From the human T2T-CHM13v2.0 reference genome, Homo sapiens: a DNA stretch of 64,000 nt. Positions 1 to 14,243 of this stretch are shown in pieces. The notes under the pieces are model-generated. The model was not told the DNA's origin. It did not search any database and saw nothing but the letters and a program-made list of their open reading frames with translations. The position numbers and the translations under genes were made by a program. The stretch is from NCBI RefSeq assembly GCF_009914755.1, contig NC_060925.1. One strand, written 5' to 3'. Each line of letters opens with the position of its first letter. Within the stretch, counting starts at the first letter, position 1.

Positions 1-1111
1 CCCTAACCCATTTTTATTTTTAAGCTTCTTCTAATCCTTTCTGTTTTAAATGGTAGATAAAGATGTTATTCTGCAGGTTAAATCAGTTGAAATGATTATA
101 CAAGCCAGGAGTTCCTGACAAGAGAGTAGGTTTCAGCAAATGCCTCTTGGATTAATTATTAAAAACAAAATCTTGCATCTGACTCTAAAAATAAAAGAAA
201 ATTATAGCATGTGCCATAAATTAAAGTGCCCAAATTTTCTACTGAATTTCAGACAATTTGTCACCCTATTTTGGGGAGGTGGGCCCAGGGACAGGGTGTG
301 GGAGCAGAGATGGAATCAAAAATGCACATTGAAGAATGAGTCATTGGGACACACAAGTTGCAGGGAATACAGATAACAAGCTATCCATAAGGGGAGGAAC
401 GTGATGAACAAAGACAACAAGATACTAGTGATATGACAATCATTCAGATGTTTAAAGAGTCTACTTTAAATTTTGAATCCTCTTTTAACAGAAATAACAG
501 AAACTTCATCTGAGCTAATTTGGAGTTCTCAAATTTATTCACAGTTGTGTCTAAATTTTAAAAAACAAGTATTTCTAAGGTATGAGAAAATTGGAACATC
601 TCATTTTTTTTTGTTTTATTTGTCCTTGCTGGTATCCATTGAAACTCCAGTTTCTTGTCTCTTCCTTTTGATAGGCAAAGCTAGTAAAAGAACTAACTTT
701 TCTTTGTTTTATGTTGCTGTGACATAAGAAGCCACAGCCAGCCAACAATAGTTTGTCTGGGATGGAAGTGTGTATGTTTAGAAGAAAAATCTGGTAAAAA
801 AAGTTAAGATTTCAAATATATTAAACATTTGTAATATAAATATTCGAACAGTAATGAATAACTCATTGTTATAAACTGAAGAGGAGTTTTAGACAGAAAA
901 AGAGTCTCCCACTGGCAGAGGAAGTAAAATCAGATTTAAGCACACCAAAGTCAAAGCAGGGAACAACTTAACAGTTTGTAGGGCTCTGCGTTTGTCATTG
1001 TTGCCTGCTAACCAAGGGCAAGAATCAGGTCACAAACAATGTCCTGACCAGGCAGTATCTGTTACAGGGTGCAGCACAGATTTTCTATTGATTGTTATAG
1101 CCAGAGAGGGT

Positions 1112-1430
1112 AAGAAAAAAAAAAGGAGAAGGAGAAGGGGAAGGGGAAGGGGAAGAAGAGGAAGAGGAAGAAGAAGAAGAAGAAGAGGAAGAAGAAGAAG
1201 AGGAAGAAGAAAGGAGAAGGAGGAGGAGGAGGAGGAGAAGGAGAAGGAGGAAGAGAAGAAGGAGAAGGAGGAGGAGAAGAAGGAGAAGGAGAAGGAGAAG
1301 GAGAAGGGGAAGGGGAAGGAGAAGAAGAAGAGGAAGAGGAAGAGGAAGAGGAAGAAGAAGAAGAAGAAGAAGAAGAAGAAGAAGAAGAAGAAGAAGAAGA
1401 AGAAGAAGAAGAAGAAAAAGAAGAAGAAGA
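1112..1430 (+). repeat. Pure-purine compound microsatellite (A10, GGGGAA, GGA, GGAGAA, GAGGAA blocks, (GAA)22)
   Basis: No pyrimidine between T1111 and C1431; uninterrupted (GAA)22 at 1351-1416. Confidence 0.98.
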
Positions 1431-1923
1431 CAAGTTCTTCCAGGAAAAATCAGTGGCTGAAAGAGGTACAATTATTACTTGTTGGACTGACCACCTATTA
1501 TTTATAGTTTGATGAAGATACATTGGCTAATGAGCAAATATTTTATGGCTTATTCTATGTGGGCCTTATATTATTCTCAAATCATTCTTTAGTTTTCTTT
1601 ACAAAATTCAAGTTAAATTAACTGCAGGATCACAGAAGACCCTCAGAGGCCATAGCTAACAGCAGTCTGAGTGACTCCTTTAACAGACTGACTACAAACA
1701 GCAAAGTTACAATAAAATGTTATTTATTTTATCAATTCTGACCAAAAAAAGCAATAATTTGTTACTGATTGTGCCGCTGTAACAAAGAGTATGGATCATC
1801 AGGAAGATTAGGAATTTAGAAAAAGAAATGTAGGACCAGGACAAAGTATGAAGAAGATAACTCAGGATGGACAATGTCATTAAAAAACCTCATAAACATT
1901 TTCTCCAGAGATCTGATAAAGAC

Positions 1924-2480
1924 TGTATCAGTGTTCCATCAGAGAAGCAAACACAGTAGGAGTAATCTAGAGTACTGATTTATTGTATGAGTGGGACCTC
2001 AAGCAATGGTGAGAACAGGTAGATCAATCTGTGCAGGTTATCGTCTGTTGCCGTGATTCTAGGTCAGTCTGACCAGCCATTGGGAAATAAAATGGTAGCT
2101 GAGACCTGCAGAAACAAATCACAATCCATGAAGGGGCGGCTACTGATAGCCACAAGGATAGAGTGGAATCAGTGTCTATCTGTCACCACCTGTAACCATG
2201 ATGCCCTGATGGCTACAAAAGGTGACACTCTGCCAAAAAGCTACACTCCACTTGGCCCAAAACCTGAAGAAGCTGCAGACGTGATGAGAACTGAGGGAAA
2301 TGAAGGTCTCATGATTGTCCCATTCTGTCAAAGTGAGCTAGCAGATCAGCAAAGGTACATGAGCATCCACATCTTCAGAGCTTAAAATATGCCTTTCAAA
2401 TCTGGCACAAAATATCTTGTGGCCAATGCCTAAAGGGAAGGGAATTTTGGGAAATACATTTTCAGTTTAGGTAAGTACAT
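1924..2480 (-). mobile_element. ERVL MLT2-family solo LTR (MLT2F-like)
   Basis: Starts TGTATCAGTGTTCCATCAGAGAAGCA..AGTAGGAG and ends GGGAAGGGAATTTTGGGAAATA..TTCAG, matching the reverse complement of MLT2 termini. Confidence 0.65.
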
Positions 2481-3410
2481 AGTCTAAAATTGCTGCAGAT
2501 AGTTAATACCATTTACCTTAATTATAAATGAGTATTTTTAAAAATTATTTGTCCCCAGTGCAGTTGATTTATATTTATGAACTACTTACTAAGTGGTTTA
2601 TTGGTTATTTAATAGTGTAATAATACCAATGCTAGATTGTATGATAGCAAAGTATATGCTTAAAATACCAACAAAATCAAGGGACTAAAATTAAATATTT
2701 TAAACAAATTTGAAATAATTTGATATATCCAAAAAATATGGCAAAACAAACATTTTGGGCATATTTTTTGTTATTTTATAGCTTGGTGGTGTTTTATATT
2801 GAACTGCGTATTATTGGATGGGCAACAGGTAAAAGCATAGCATAATCTTAAACGTTGCTTAAGATGACCAAAGAGACTAAGCCAATCTTTAGTTGTACAA
2901 TTGTCAAACGATAACTGGGTTGTGTATACAAAAATCCCAAGGTAAAACAAAAAGCTTTTAAGGATTGAACGAGTAAAACCTTAACAGACTAAATCCAATC
3001 AGCTTTTGAAGTCTCCTTCCTGGTAGCCAGGCTGGGAGTACCAGAGATTAGCAGCACCCCTTGTAAAACGAAGTCTCAGTAGAGCCCATGCTGTATGTGT
3101 GTTGAATTTTGTACCTCTAGTGGAACTAGAAATCTGTTCTATGTTATCTGTCTGGAATTTTAAACATATAAAGACTAAACTTCATAGGAAACCATAGAAA
3201 TACAAAGTCTAATGTTTTCTTTCATTTTATGAATAAATAAAAACTAGTGGTGACGTGCCAACTATCACAAATTCATTCAGGCGTGCCAAATTGATTTGTG
3301 AAAATGTGAACAGATTTTAAGCCCCTTTTTTATTTCCTTTCTCTTTATATATTGTGTATTCTCACAGAAACTGATGGAAAAATCTATGTAAATAAACTGA
3401 GATTCCGAAC

Positions 3411-3602
3411 TAAGGTTACCAGACAAAATGTAGGACATCCAGTTAAACTTGAAATTTCAGATATACTTTTTATAGTATATGTACTGTATGGTACATAGAA
3501 TATTACATGGGGCACACTTACACTTAAAAAGTATATCTGTTATCTGAAATTAAAGTTTAACTGGATGTCCTGTATTTTTATTTGAGGTGTCTGGCAACTG
3601 TA
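3411..3602. mobile_element. MER53 palindromic DNA-transposon MITE
   Basis: Termini TAAGGTTACCAGA / TCTGGCAACTGTA; internal inverted arms AGGACATCCAGTTAAACTT (3432-3450) and its exact complement (3553-3571); about 190 bp. Confidence 0.85.
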
Positions 3603-4477
3603 CCCTGAGCATAGGGTAGAAAATTAATATCAAAAATCCATATCTGAATTATAGGAATGCTCCCCATAAGGACATGCCAGACAGTCTTTCAGAATGCTAA
3701 AAAGGAACCTTTTTGGAGATTATATTTGTAAATTTTCATGATGGGGAAGAAGTCTCCTACGTCTTTATCCCCATCTCCATTCCATCCCAGGAGGATCATG
3801 TTATTATTGTAACCAGTTTAGCCTGAGAGGCCTTCGTGAGTCAACAAAAGTAAACAAGATTGGCTATGTATCTTCCCATTCCCCAAGTGTTTATCACTTT
3901 TGTCATTTTTACCTTTTCTCCCAACGTTTCTTAGGAGCAATCTCAGCTGCTAATATTGGAAAGGAATGAAAAAGATTCTGTTGTCATAAAAGTGCCTCCA
4001 GTATTTTTTATTATGCACTGTGGTGATATAACTAGCTTAAAAAGTAATCTTTCAAACTATCAAGAGAGAAAGAAAGGGCTGCTGAAACCTCAGAAAGATA
4101 AAAATAGAAAAAATGTTAAAACTGCAACTGATGCCATTCTAATGTTTTCAACAGTTTCCTCTTTCAGAGTTTTGAGAGTTTAACCTTTAAAGAAATATTA
4201 GGAAAGAACTGGACAAAGGATTATAAATAAGGTCTATAGCTACAAAACAGAGGAAAAAAAAGAATGAACAAAAATCAGTCAGGTGAGTGAGGTGGTTTTA
4301 AGCAGTATCCCCTCTCCTATGCCCTGTAAAAATAATTATAAAATATGTAAAACAAAAGTTATTTGTATCATCGCAAAAGTTTATTGTTGACAGATTTTTA
4401 GTAATTTTTCCAGCTAAGTTGTGTTGACACCCATAGTCATAGGAAGCTAACAGTAGGAGATTTTAGGATAAAATCAG

Positions 4478-4735
4478 TATAATATAGTTCTTAGGAGCAT
4501 AGCCTTTGTAATTCAATAGACTGGAATAAAATATGGATTCTGCTCCTTAGCAAACATATGATTTTGCACAGGTAAGCTACTTAACCTTCTAAAGTCCTAG
4601 TTTGCTTTCCCCATTTGTAAACTGTTGTTATTAATGGGGCCTATTTTATGGGGCTGTGCCATGATTAAGTGAAAAAATGTATGTAAAATTCTTGGAATAG
4701 GGCCTTCCAAGTAATTTGCTCTAAGATAATTATTA
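4478..4735 (+). mobile_element. MIR SINE
   Basis: MIR core-like CTACTTAACCTTCT..CCTAGTTT..CCCCATTTGTAAA and GATTAAGTGA..ATGTATGTAAA. Confidence 0.75.
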
Positions 4736-4870
4736 CCTATGATACAGCTCATTTGTTCCTAATCAATTTATTTCATTAATTATCCAGAAGAAACATATGA
4801 AGTTTTGCCTTTTAAGACTGGTAAGGAGAGCTGAATGAGCATATGGAAGCACACAGAGGAAAAAGATGTG

Positions 4871-5690
4871 TTCATTCATTCATGAATTTAGGAAATTCAT
4901 CCTGAATACCTGCCATGTAGGAAGCACTGTGGAGTCTAAAGTTACAAAGCTGGATAAGCCGCTCCCTGTCCTGAAGACTATACCAGCTAGCGAAGGAAAC
5001 ACACAAGGTACAAGCCACTCTTTTACAGTGTGTTGAATGCAGTGATACAAATATTCACAGGGTGAAAGACACTTGCCAGAGTCTGGAAGAACAGATAAGG
5101 AGTCATCCTTGAGGATACATATCTTTGTTTAGTCTTGAAATATGTACATGAATTATTCATAAAAAGAAAGGAGAATATTTAGAAGATGTTTACAACATAA
5201 CTCCGGCTTGGGATTTCATTGTAGCATAGTGCAGGGACCTACAACAGCAACAGGGATCTAATGCAAAGCTTGACACAAGAGCATCAGGAGATTAATCTAG
5301 AGTGAAAACAAAAACCAGATAGTGGAAGGTCCTGTGTAGAGTTAGGTGTTTAGATCTTATTTTGAGGGCAGAAAGAGACTAAGGATGGATTTTAATGAAG
5401 GGGTAGATATAGATCAGACTTTTCTTGTTTAAAAGATCACTCTGGAAGCAAGACAAGATTTTATTGGAGGGAAGTGTAGGGAGAGGTAGGAAGACTCCAT
5501 CTATTGTGTCATTAAGGTGAGATTCCGATTAAGAAAATGGAAATGGCAGTAGAGATAGGAAAGAGGAAAGGGAATCAAGAAATGTTTAGAAAGTAGAATG
5601 AGGAGGATCAGAATGTGAGGGTCAAAGGGAAAGGGTTAATCAATGATCTCTGCCAAGTAGTTGCTTTAGGACACAGGTTAGAGGAAGCCA
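4871..5690 (-). mobile_element. L2 LINE 3' fragment
   Basis: TTCATTCATTCA tail, TGAATACCTGCCATGT..AGCACTGT, TTTAAAAGATCACTCTGG typical of antisense L2. Confidence 0.7.
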
Positions 5691-7032
5691 GAAAAAGGGC
5701 AGCACATCCAGTTTCTATTAAGTCCTTAAGTAATTGACAGCATCAGCAGGATACCCTAATTGTGAAGGCATTAGGGTGAGACTATTTCAACATATCCTTA
5801 CCTGTTAGACTTCTAACTTTTCTGAAAAATTCAGAAGTAGTATACACGATCCAGGTTTTAAAGTTCTTGGCCAATGCAGTACATAATTTCAATTAGCCTT
5901 TTCATTTCTAAAAGAAGTTTCAGGTGAAAATAGTTTCTACCTCCAGTAAAGAGAAGAAAAAGAGAAGAAAGTAGTCAAGGGTACAAGATTTATGTTAAAC
6001 TTTGCCTTTAGTGGGCAGCAAGGCATATGTCGTAAATTAGTTCATATAAGTTACTAAAAAGAGTGAAAACTAGATATTTCTAAAGCATTTCACATGAGAA
6101 TGAAATGAAAGCAAGAGCACTAGTAAAAGCAGATTTAAATTTAGGAATGGTGTCAAAACATGCATGGGAAGATAAAGCTACATATGAGCAAATAGAGTAA
6201 TAAAAAAAGCATGCAGTATAAATTGAATACCTAATGAGCCTCCAATGACTAAACTTCGGAGAGTCCTTCTCCTTGGGAGGTCTAGTACTAAGGAACTTGG
6301 CGTATAAATTTTAAAACAGCATCAACATTACTTATTAGAATAAGAATTTTATGACATTGGTAGAGTATATTGAAATGGCAGATTAATGTGAAGTCCCAAT
6401 TTTCAGTAGCTTATAACTTTGGCAGAACATTTAATTTCAAATGGAACTTGGCATGAGTTTACTCTCTGTCAGACTTCAGTTCTGCCAAGTTTGACAAACA
6501 TCCAGTTCAGCTGTTTTGAGCTAATGTGAATGCCAAAGTAAAGATTTTTTTGCATTCAATTCAACACCATTTTTCATTATAAAAAGCAAAAATGAGTAAA
6601 TGAGTGTTTATTGTCAGGCTCCTTAATTAAAGTAAAACAATCCTCACAAAAAGCAGAAATGCAAAGTGATTCAGTGAGCAAAGTAATGGACTGAGGACTC
6701 CATAGAACTAATTCCAGATTTGCTAACAATTCACTCTTACTATTTAAACTTGGAAAAGTAACAGCCTCTTTGTGGCTCAGCTTATTCAACAGTAAAATTA
6801 AGAGATTAATACAAACTTGCATAATCATAGTCATGAAAATGTCAGTAAAGCAGTTTTCAAATTTAAACACACAAAAACTTCTCTTTTCAATATTCTTGCT
6901 TTCTGGGTTTTTTGTTGTTGTTGTTCTTGCTTTTTATAGAGATAAATGAATTTGGATATGCAATGATAACCAGTCTGAAGCTGTACAAAAAGTTGAAGTC
7001 CATTAATGCATAAACTAGACCCTGGGAATTAG

Positions 7033-7618
<586 letters not shown>

Positions 7619-8052
7619 TAAAATTTCTTTTTTTTTTTTTTAGTCACATTGTGGATCTGGAAGGTCTTTGAAATATTTAAAGACAGTTTGAATTGCCTCT
7701 TAGACATCCTAAAATACCAAAATTGCTTAGTAATTTAGATTACACAAACATAGAAAATATTGAGCCAAACAATTTTTCCATTTATTCATGTATATACTGC
7801 ATAGCACACACTGGAGATAAATAAATAAATTACATTTAATTAAATAATTATCTACGATGTCCAGATATTCACTATTGTATGTAAATAAATACAGATTTAC
7901 AAGCTTGTATAATGTTATATATCAAGTATATTATATTATTTTATCTTTATTATTATTATCTATATTATTTTAAGCTTCCACCTTGAATAATTACTTCCTT
8001 TGATCACATTGGAACGCTTAATTCTAAAACCAAGAGGACATCCATGCCATCA

Positions 8053-8220
8053 TTTTTTTTTTTTTTTTTTTTTTTTTTTTGAGACAGACTCTAGCTCTGT
8101 CGTGGGGGCTGGAGTGCGATCTTGGTTCACTGCAATCTCCACCTCCCGGGATCGAGAAATTCTCCTGCCTCAGCCTCCCGAGTAGCTGGTATTACAGGTG
8201 CCCACACCATGTCCTGCTAA
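8053..8220 (-). mobile_element. Extra Alu right monomer with poly(A) tail
   Basis: Long T run then GAGACAGACTCT..GGCTGGAGTGCGATC (internal deletion)..CTAA, abutting the next Alu's tail. Confidence 0.9.
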
Positions 8221-8618
<398 letters not shown>

Positions 8619-11600
8619 TAATGTAAGTTGAGAACATTAGAACTTGAAAAGTGGCCCTCAACTAGAAGTTTGCAGAAATAGTATAAAGTACATTGAACTA
8701 TGTATGCAGCATTTTTCTAATCTAAGAAAAAGTATATATTTGATTGTAAGATCTTCATCAATTATGTAACTTGAGTTTGATCTAAAATTATATGAACTTT
8801 ATAATTCTGTTGGTCAGAAATCTGCTTCGCTATTGATGACAAGTTCAATAATTTCTAGAATGTGATTGGTTGACCAGACACCTGTTATCAGACTTACATA
8901 GCAGATTGTCACTGACTTTTAATCAATAATTTTAAAACTACATGCATTGTAGTTTTAGAAACTAGAAACTAGAAAACGTGACGTTTCCCTAAAATGACAG
9001 GGGTTGTGTGGTGGAGACAGAAGAGTTGTTGGTACTCCTCGTTTATGTAGCACTCCAATCAGATCACCTTTACATTCTCTCATTTTACATACTGTATTTC
9101 CATGAAATATTTTGTTTGAAGAAATGGTTTGCTGGTTAATATTTTAAAATACTACTTGAATTTACCATATCCAACGTATACTTAACTTGGCTCATAATAG
9201 TAAATGTAGTTAAAGAAAGACCTATATGTTTAATTATATTATGTGGTAACATCCTGGCTATCACAAAAAATTTATGTGATAATGTAATATTTTCAGTCAT
9301 ACATAGGCATAGATTCTTGTTTTAAATCTCTTTCCAAGTTAATTTTATATTATAGGTAATGATTTCACTTTGAAGGAACTGGTATGACATTGATACATAC
9401 CTTCTTTCTGGGCAGTTGATAAACTCAGCTTCAGCTTTGAGGTTTTTCATTCAAACAGCAAGTCCTTCTCATGTCAACCAGCTCACACTGATGTACCAGA
9501 TATTCTATCCTCAGCCAACCACATCTCTCAATGCTACATTTCTTAAGAACAATTTAATACATATACATAATTATATTCTTATCTCCTCAAAATCTAGTTA
9601 GCAATCTAGCTCAATTTATCCACTATGCACACAATTTTTTTGTTGCTGTCTTCTAGTTCCGTGTATTTAATCCTTCACTTAGGCATAATTTTTATTAACA
9701 TCTTGAGAGCAATAACCTATACATGATCCATCATTCAGTGCTCATGTGCATGAAAGTATCTGGACAGATATTAGTGTTACATGCATCAATTCCTCTGAAA
9801 ATAATATTAAACACCACAAACATAAAAGTGTTGTGTTAAGCCTGCTGTTTTTTGCAATGATGTAAGTATAAAAGAATGGACTATTATTTTTAGTCCAAAA
9901 TTATCACTATGGAAAACAAACCTAACACTAAATTTAAATAGTCATTTGACATTATTTATATTGTTTAATAAAATATATCGTAAAAGCTAAAATGTGTTAT
10001 TATTAAGATTGTACTTCAAATACCTTTTAAAAATAAATTAGTTTAGAGCTCAAAACAAAATGCCTACACTAGTAATTTTTGGTTGTCTTCCTAAGACAGA
10101 TGATATAAAAAGCAAAATTTGTAACGCGAGCTGTGAAGGATAGCCACATAAAGGATCAACTTTGCAGCTTATCTTTCTCTTCTCCAGGGGAGCTGACATT
10201 TGTCTTATTTTAATCTATTAGACTCTTTTTTTTACTTGAAAATTTTATTTCATGTTTTAAAGGAAACTTATATAATAATCCACTTAGAATATTTTTCAAT
10301 TTCTCTTCTAGTAAAAAGTACGGTCTTACTGGAATAAATCCATATTGATCACTTTCTTCTCTGATCATATCCTACAAACTCTGATGGGTCTTAGTCTGTA
10401 TATTTTGATTAACATATTTTATGGTGAAAATTATATATGACCTTCATATTTTCTCCTCTCTGTTGGTGGAACAACTTGCCACCTATTAGTATATTTGTTG
10501 ATATGATTATCATTTGGCAAACACAATTTATGTCGCTATTAATACCCATACAGACATTTGGGGGTGGAGAATTGCGAGTTGGCATTTGAGACACTTACAC
10601 TCATCAGGGACTGAAAACAGCCTGTCTTTTATTCCACTTGTAATTCTCTGAAATAACAATAGAGAATATCTCAGTTATATTCTTAGGTGATAATCATTTA
10701 CATTAACCAAAGTCATAATATAAACATTTATAAGCAAAACTATAAAATACAAGATGTTGTTAATAGAAAAAAAAGAAAGAAAAAAGTTATATCTGTCATT
10801 AATACTGGGCATACCTCTTGTTTAGTATAGATGATATTACAAATCAGAAAGTGTTCTGGCAACTGTAAAATCAGAATGAATTGAGTTCATGATGTTGTAT
10901 AATGCAAATATAAAGGAATATTGGCTTGATTAATTTTTCTTCTGTATTCCAGAAAAAATTCTACATTGTAGAGTGTGATTAGCAAAAGCAGGCATGTCCC
11001 ACTGTAGATAAATAACATATATGGGTAGCTTCTTATTCTTTCATTTTCCTTTCTTGTATATTCTAGCCTAACTCTGATCTTACAACAATATAGTTTTGAC
11101 ATTTTGTAGTTACTAGCTAACTCCCAACAGCTACATTTTTACTCATTTTTGAGAAATGGAAGATACTTTTTCTACGTAAGTATATCATTTATCAAGGTGC
11201 TTTTTGTTGTTTGGTGGTGGTGGTAGTATTTTTATCTTACTCATTTTGTGTTGATTTTTAATCAATTTCTATTACAAAGAATGACTTTTACCAAGCTTAC
11301 TCACAAAATCTGAAATTGGATCATGCTTAGAGCCGATAGCATTCTACTAACAGACTGTGGTGATAAATTAACTTTTTTGTACCTCAAAGGTGCCTCACTC
11401 TGCTTTGCCTAGAAATGTGACCTCAGGAAAGTTTATCTGAGGTAGATGTCTTGGAGGTGTTACCAATGATTTAAAACTGTCTGTAAAATTCTAATACATG
11501 TCTGAAACACAAAAATATTTCTTTCAATTTTATAAATAGTTGACTTGAAAGTAAAAACTGACAATTAGGCAGGCAAATTGTTAACTGTGAAAAAAAATTT

Positions 11601-13849
11601 AAAAGAATCACAATTGGCAACCTTGATAATTATTATTCTAACTATAAGTATGAGCCAGAGAGAAATTAGTTTTGAGGATAAATGTTAAATGAAGATAACA
11701 GTTTCTTTCCAAGCATTATAGAGGATGCAAATTTTCCCATGAAACGTATTGAATTTAATAATAATTACACTATTAAAGTGAGAGAGGAAACAAAATTGCA
11801 TAGAATATATTTAAAATTAAAACATAATTATATTAATCAAATATAAGCTAAACTCTTAGAGCTAGTTATCTAAGAACAAAGCATTTTGCATATTTTTATA
11901 CTTCTTTCTATTTCAAGAACAGAGTCAGCACCCTAAAACAATTCAGAAGCTCTTGAACAAATCTTTTAGAGTCTCAGCATTTATATTTTGGACTCAATGT
12001 ATTGCTACAAGGCTTTGCTGTTTATCTCTTAATCCTTTATTGTTTAATAATCTTTTTTCACAGATGGTGACATGCAAATTACATTTTTCCAATGTAAATA
12101 GTGCTGGGAATGCAGATTTAAAACCTCAATAAATCAGATTTGTGTTAGGTGGCAATGACAATGAAGAAAAGGACACATGGAGATGCCAAACAAACTTCTT
12201 GTTTCATTTCACTCCTTATGGCCTTTTGATTCCTAAGCAGGTGGGGAATCATCCAAGCAGATTGTATCCCAGTATTAATTCAATCTTAACAACTGTTTAC
12301 ATCGAATTAAGAGTGAGTACTTGTCAATTCACATAATTACTTTAAGATGTCTATGCCTGAATTGCCATGAATGAAAGGAAATCTGTCTGAACTTTGGCAC
12401 AGTTATATGTTGTATTTAACAAAACCTCCTCCCTTAGGACAGCCAGCTTCTTTCCACTTCCAGGAAATATAGGTGTCTTTCTTCCCACTGTGATCCGGAA
12501 TTTGTCTTCCTGAGTTACAACACAGCCAAAGAAAGCTATTCTCATTAATTTGTCGGCCATATCCAAAATTATGTATGTAATGGAATGCTAGAATGGTAAG
12601 TACCTATTTAAAAAACTAACAGGTAAGAGGAAGATTTGGCAAACTCTTAGAACCAATGCTGCTATAAATGAAATATCCCTCCTAAAAGCAGTTACCATTT
12701 AAATATCCTAAGTGATATTAAAAAAGAATAGATTTGGCACTTCAACCCACATTCCTACTCAACCGACTCTTTCAAATATGGTTTTTGCCTAATGAGCATT
12801 GGCATATGATTTTAAAGCTGATTTGGATTCATGCTTTGAGCTAGAAACAGAAAACTATTTCTCTCTTTAATATCTCAAACAGTTTCATTAAAAGGACCGT
12901 GGCACCTTGTTTCCACATTAATTTTGGTGTTAAAAAATCAAAGGGTGAATATAATCAGAAAAAGGTCCAGATAAAATATGTAGTAATGATTTTCCTGTCA
13001 GCTTTACCTTCAGGCTTGTTTACTATAGAATCAGCAGTTGTCAGACAAGAAAACGTCAGTAATACAGCCCTGATGATTTAGGTTGAACTGGACCTACACA
13101 GGGTCAAACTGGCAAATAAGAAGACTCAATAATTAGCCATGGGAAAATAGGCCAGAATCGCTCAGGACTTCAGCAGCTATAAGAACTTAAGCAGATAATT
13201 ATCTCCAAATAGGCAGAATATCAGATGTCATAAAGAGAGAACAAATCTGTATGCAGTGGAAAGAGAGATCTCATACCAGATCAATATACAAAGCCATGAT
13301 GCTAAACTTTTCTTCAGTTTAGTGCATTTGGCTGGAGAGGGTGGTCATTTAAAAGATACAAATTCATATACATTGCCCCATAGATTTTGATTAACTTAGA
13401 ATAGTCTTGGATTGTGAGATTTTGTTTGTTTTCTTGTTGGCTTGCTTGTGTGCTTTTTAAGCTCCTTGGCTGATTTTAAATTGCCTCCACGGTTAAAGAA
13501 GTATTTATCTCAGAGAAGATACATAAGAAGCAAACCTGAATCAGGAAAAAAAAAAAAAAAAAAAGCCAAAAGCCTTACTGAGAACTTTAGGGTATTTCTT
13601 AGCAATCCAATTTGCGGAGTTCCTGAAATTATATCCTTTTTTCCTTCCTGGTTGCCACACCTGTTTCAAGTTTTCTCAACTAGGCACAAGTGTGGTAGTA
13701 TGCACATTATCAAATGTAGAGTACTTAATGAGGAACTGTTGACCAGTGATGTAGCTTGTTAGCTCCTTAGGATATCATCAGGCTTTTTTCTAGTACTTCA
13801 GCTCTACTCATCCTCTATTGGTATACAAATAAATTTGATGTTTATTTAT

Positions 13850-14243
13850 AAAATAAAAATATATATAGTGAAAGCACAAATCTTAATTGCACAGTTCAAA
13901 GAGATTTGATAAATATATATAGTGGTTACTACCAACTAAACCAATATATAGCATATTTCCAAAATATCAGGTTTCATCACTCTGTACCACCTTCCATTTA
14001 GTCAACATGCTCCATGGGAAACTATTTTATTTTTATAATAATAGATTAATATTACTTGTTCTTGAGTACCACGTAACAGGAACCATGAAATGTATACTCT
14101 ATGACATCCAGCTTCTTTCACTTGCTGTCATATTTTTAAGAACCACCCTTATTGCTGTGTGTATCAGTTCATTTTTTCTATAACTAAGTAATGTTCCATT
14201 ATATGATATACCATGATTAATTTACTTATTCTCTTGTTGATGG
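13850..14243 (-). mobile_element. Old L1M 3' region (left part, split by LTR)
   Basis: Antisense L1M 3'UTR/ORF2-end motifs (AAAGCACAAATCTTAA..ACAGTTC; CTTCTTTCACTT; TTCCATTATATGATATACCA). Confidence 0.75.

Noticed and set aside
992-1523. ORFs of 128-171 aa with poly-K/R/E, poly-L and poly-S
   Set aside because: They are translations of the stop-free purine microsatellite
10593-10613. Minus-strand 12-nt microexon-like AG..GTAAGT pair (a similar 20-nt pair lies at 5802-5821)
   Set aside because: Weak polypyrimidine tracts; such pairs are expected by chance in 64 kb
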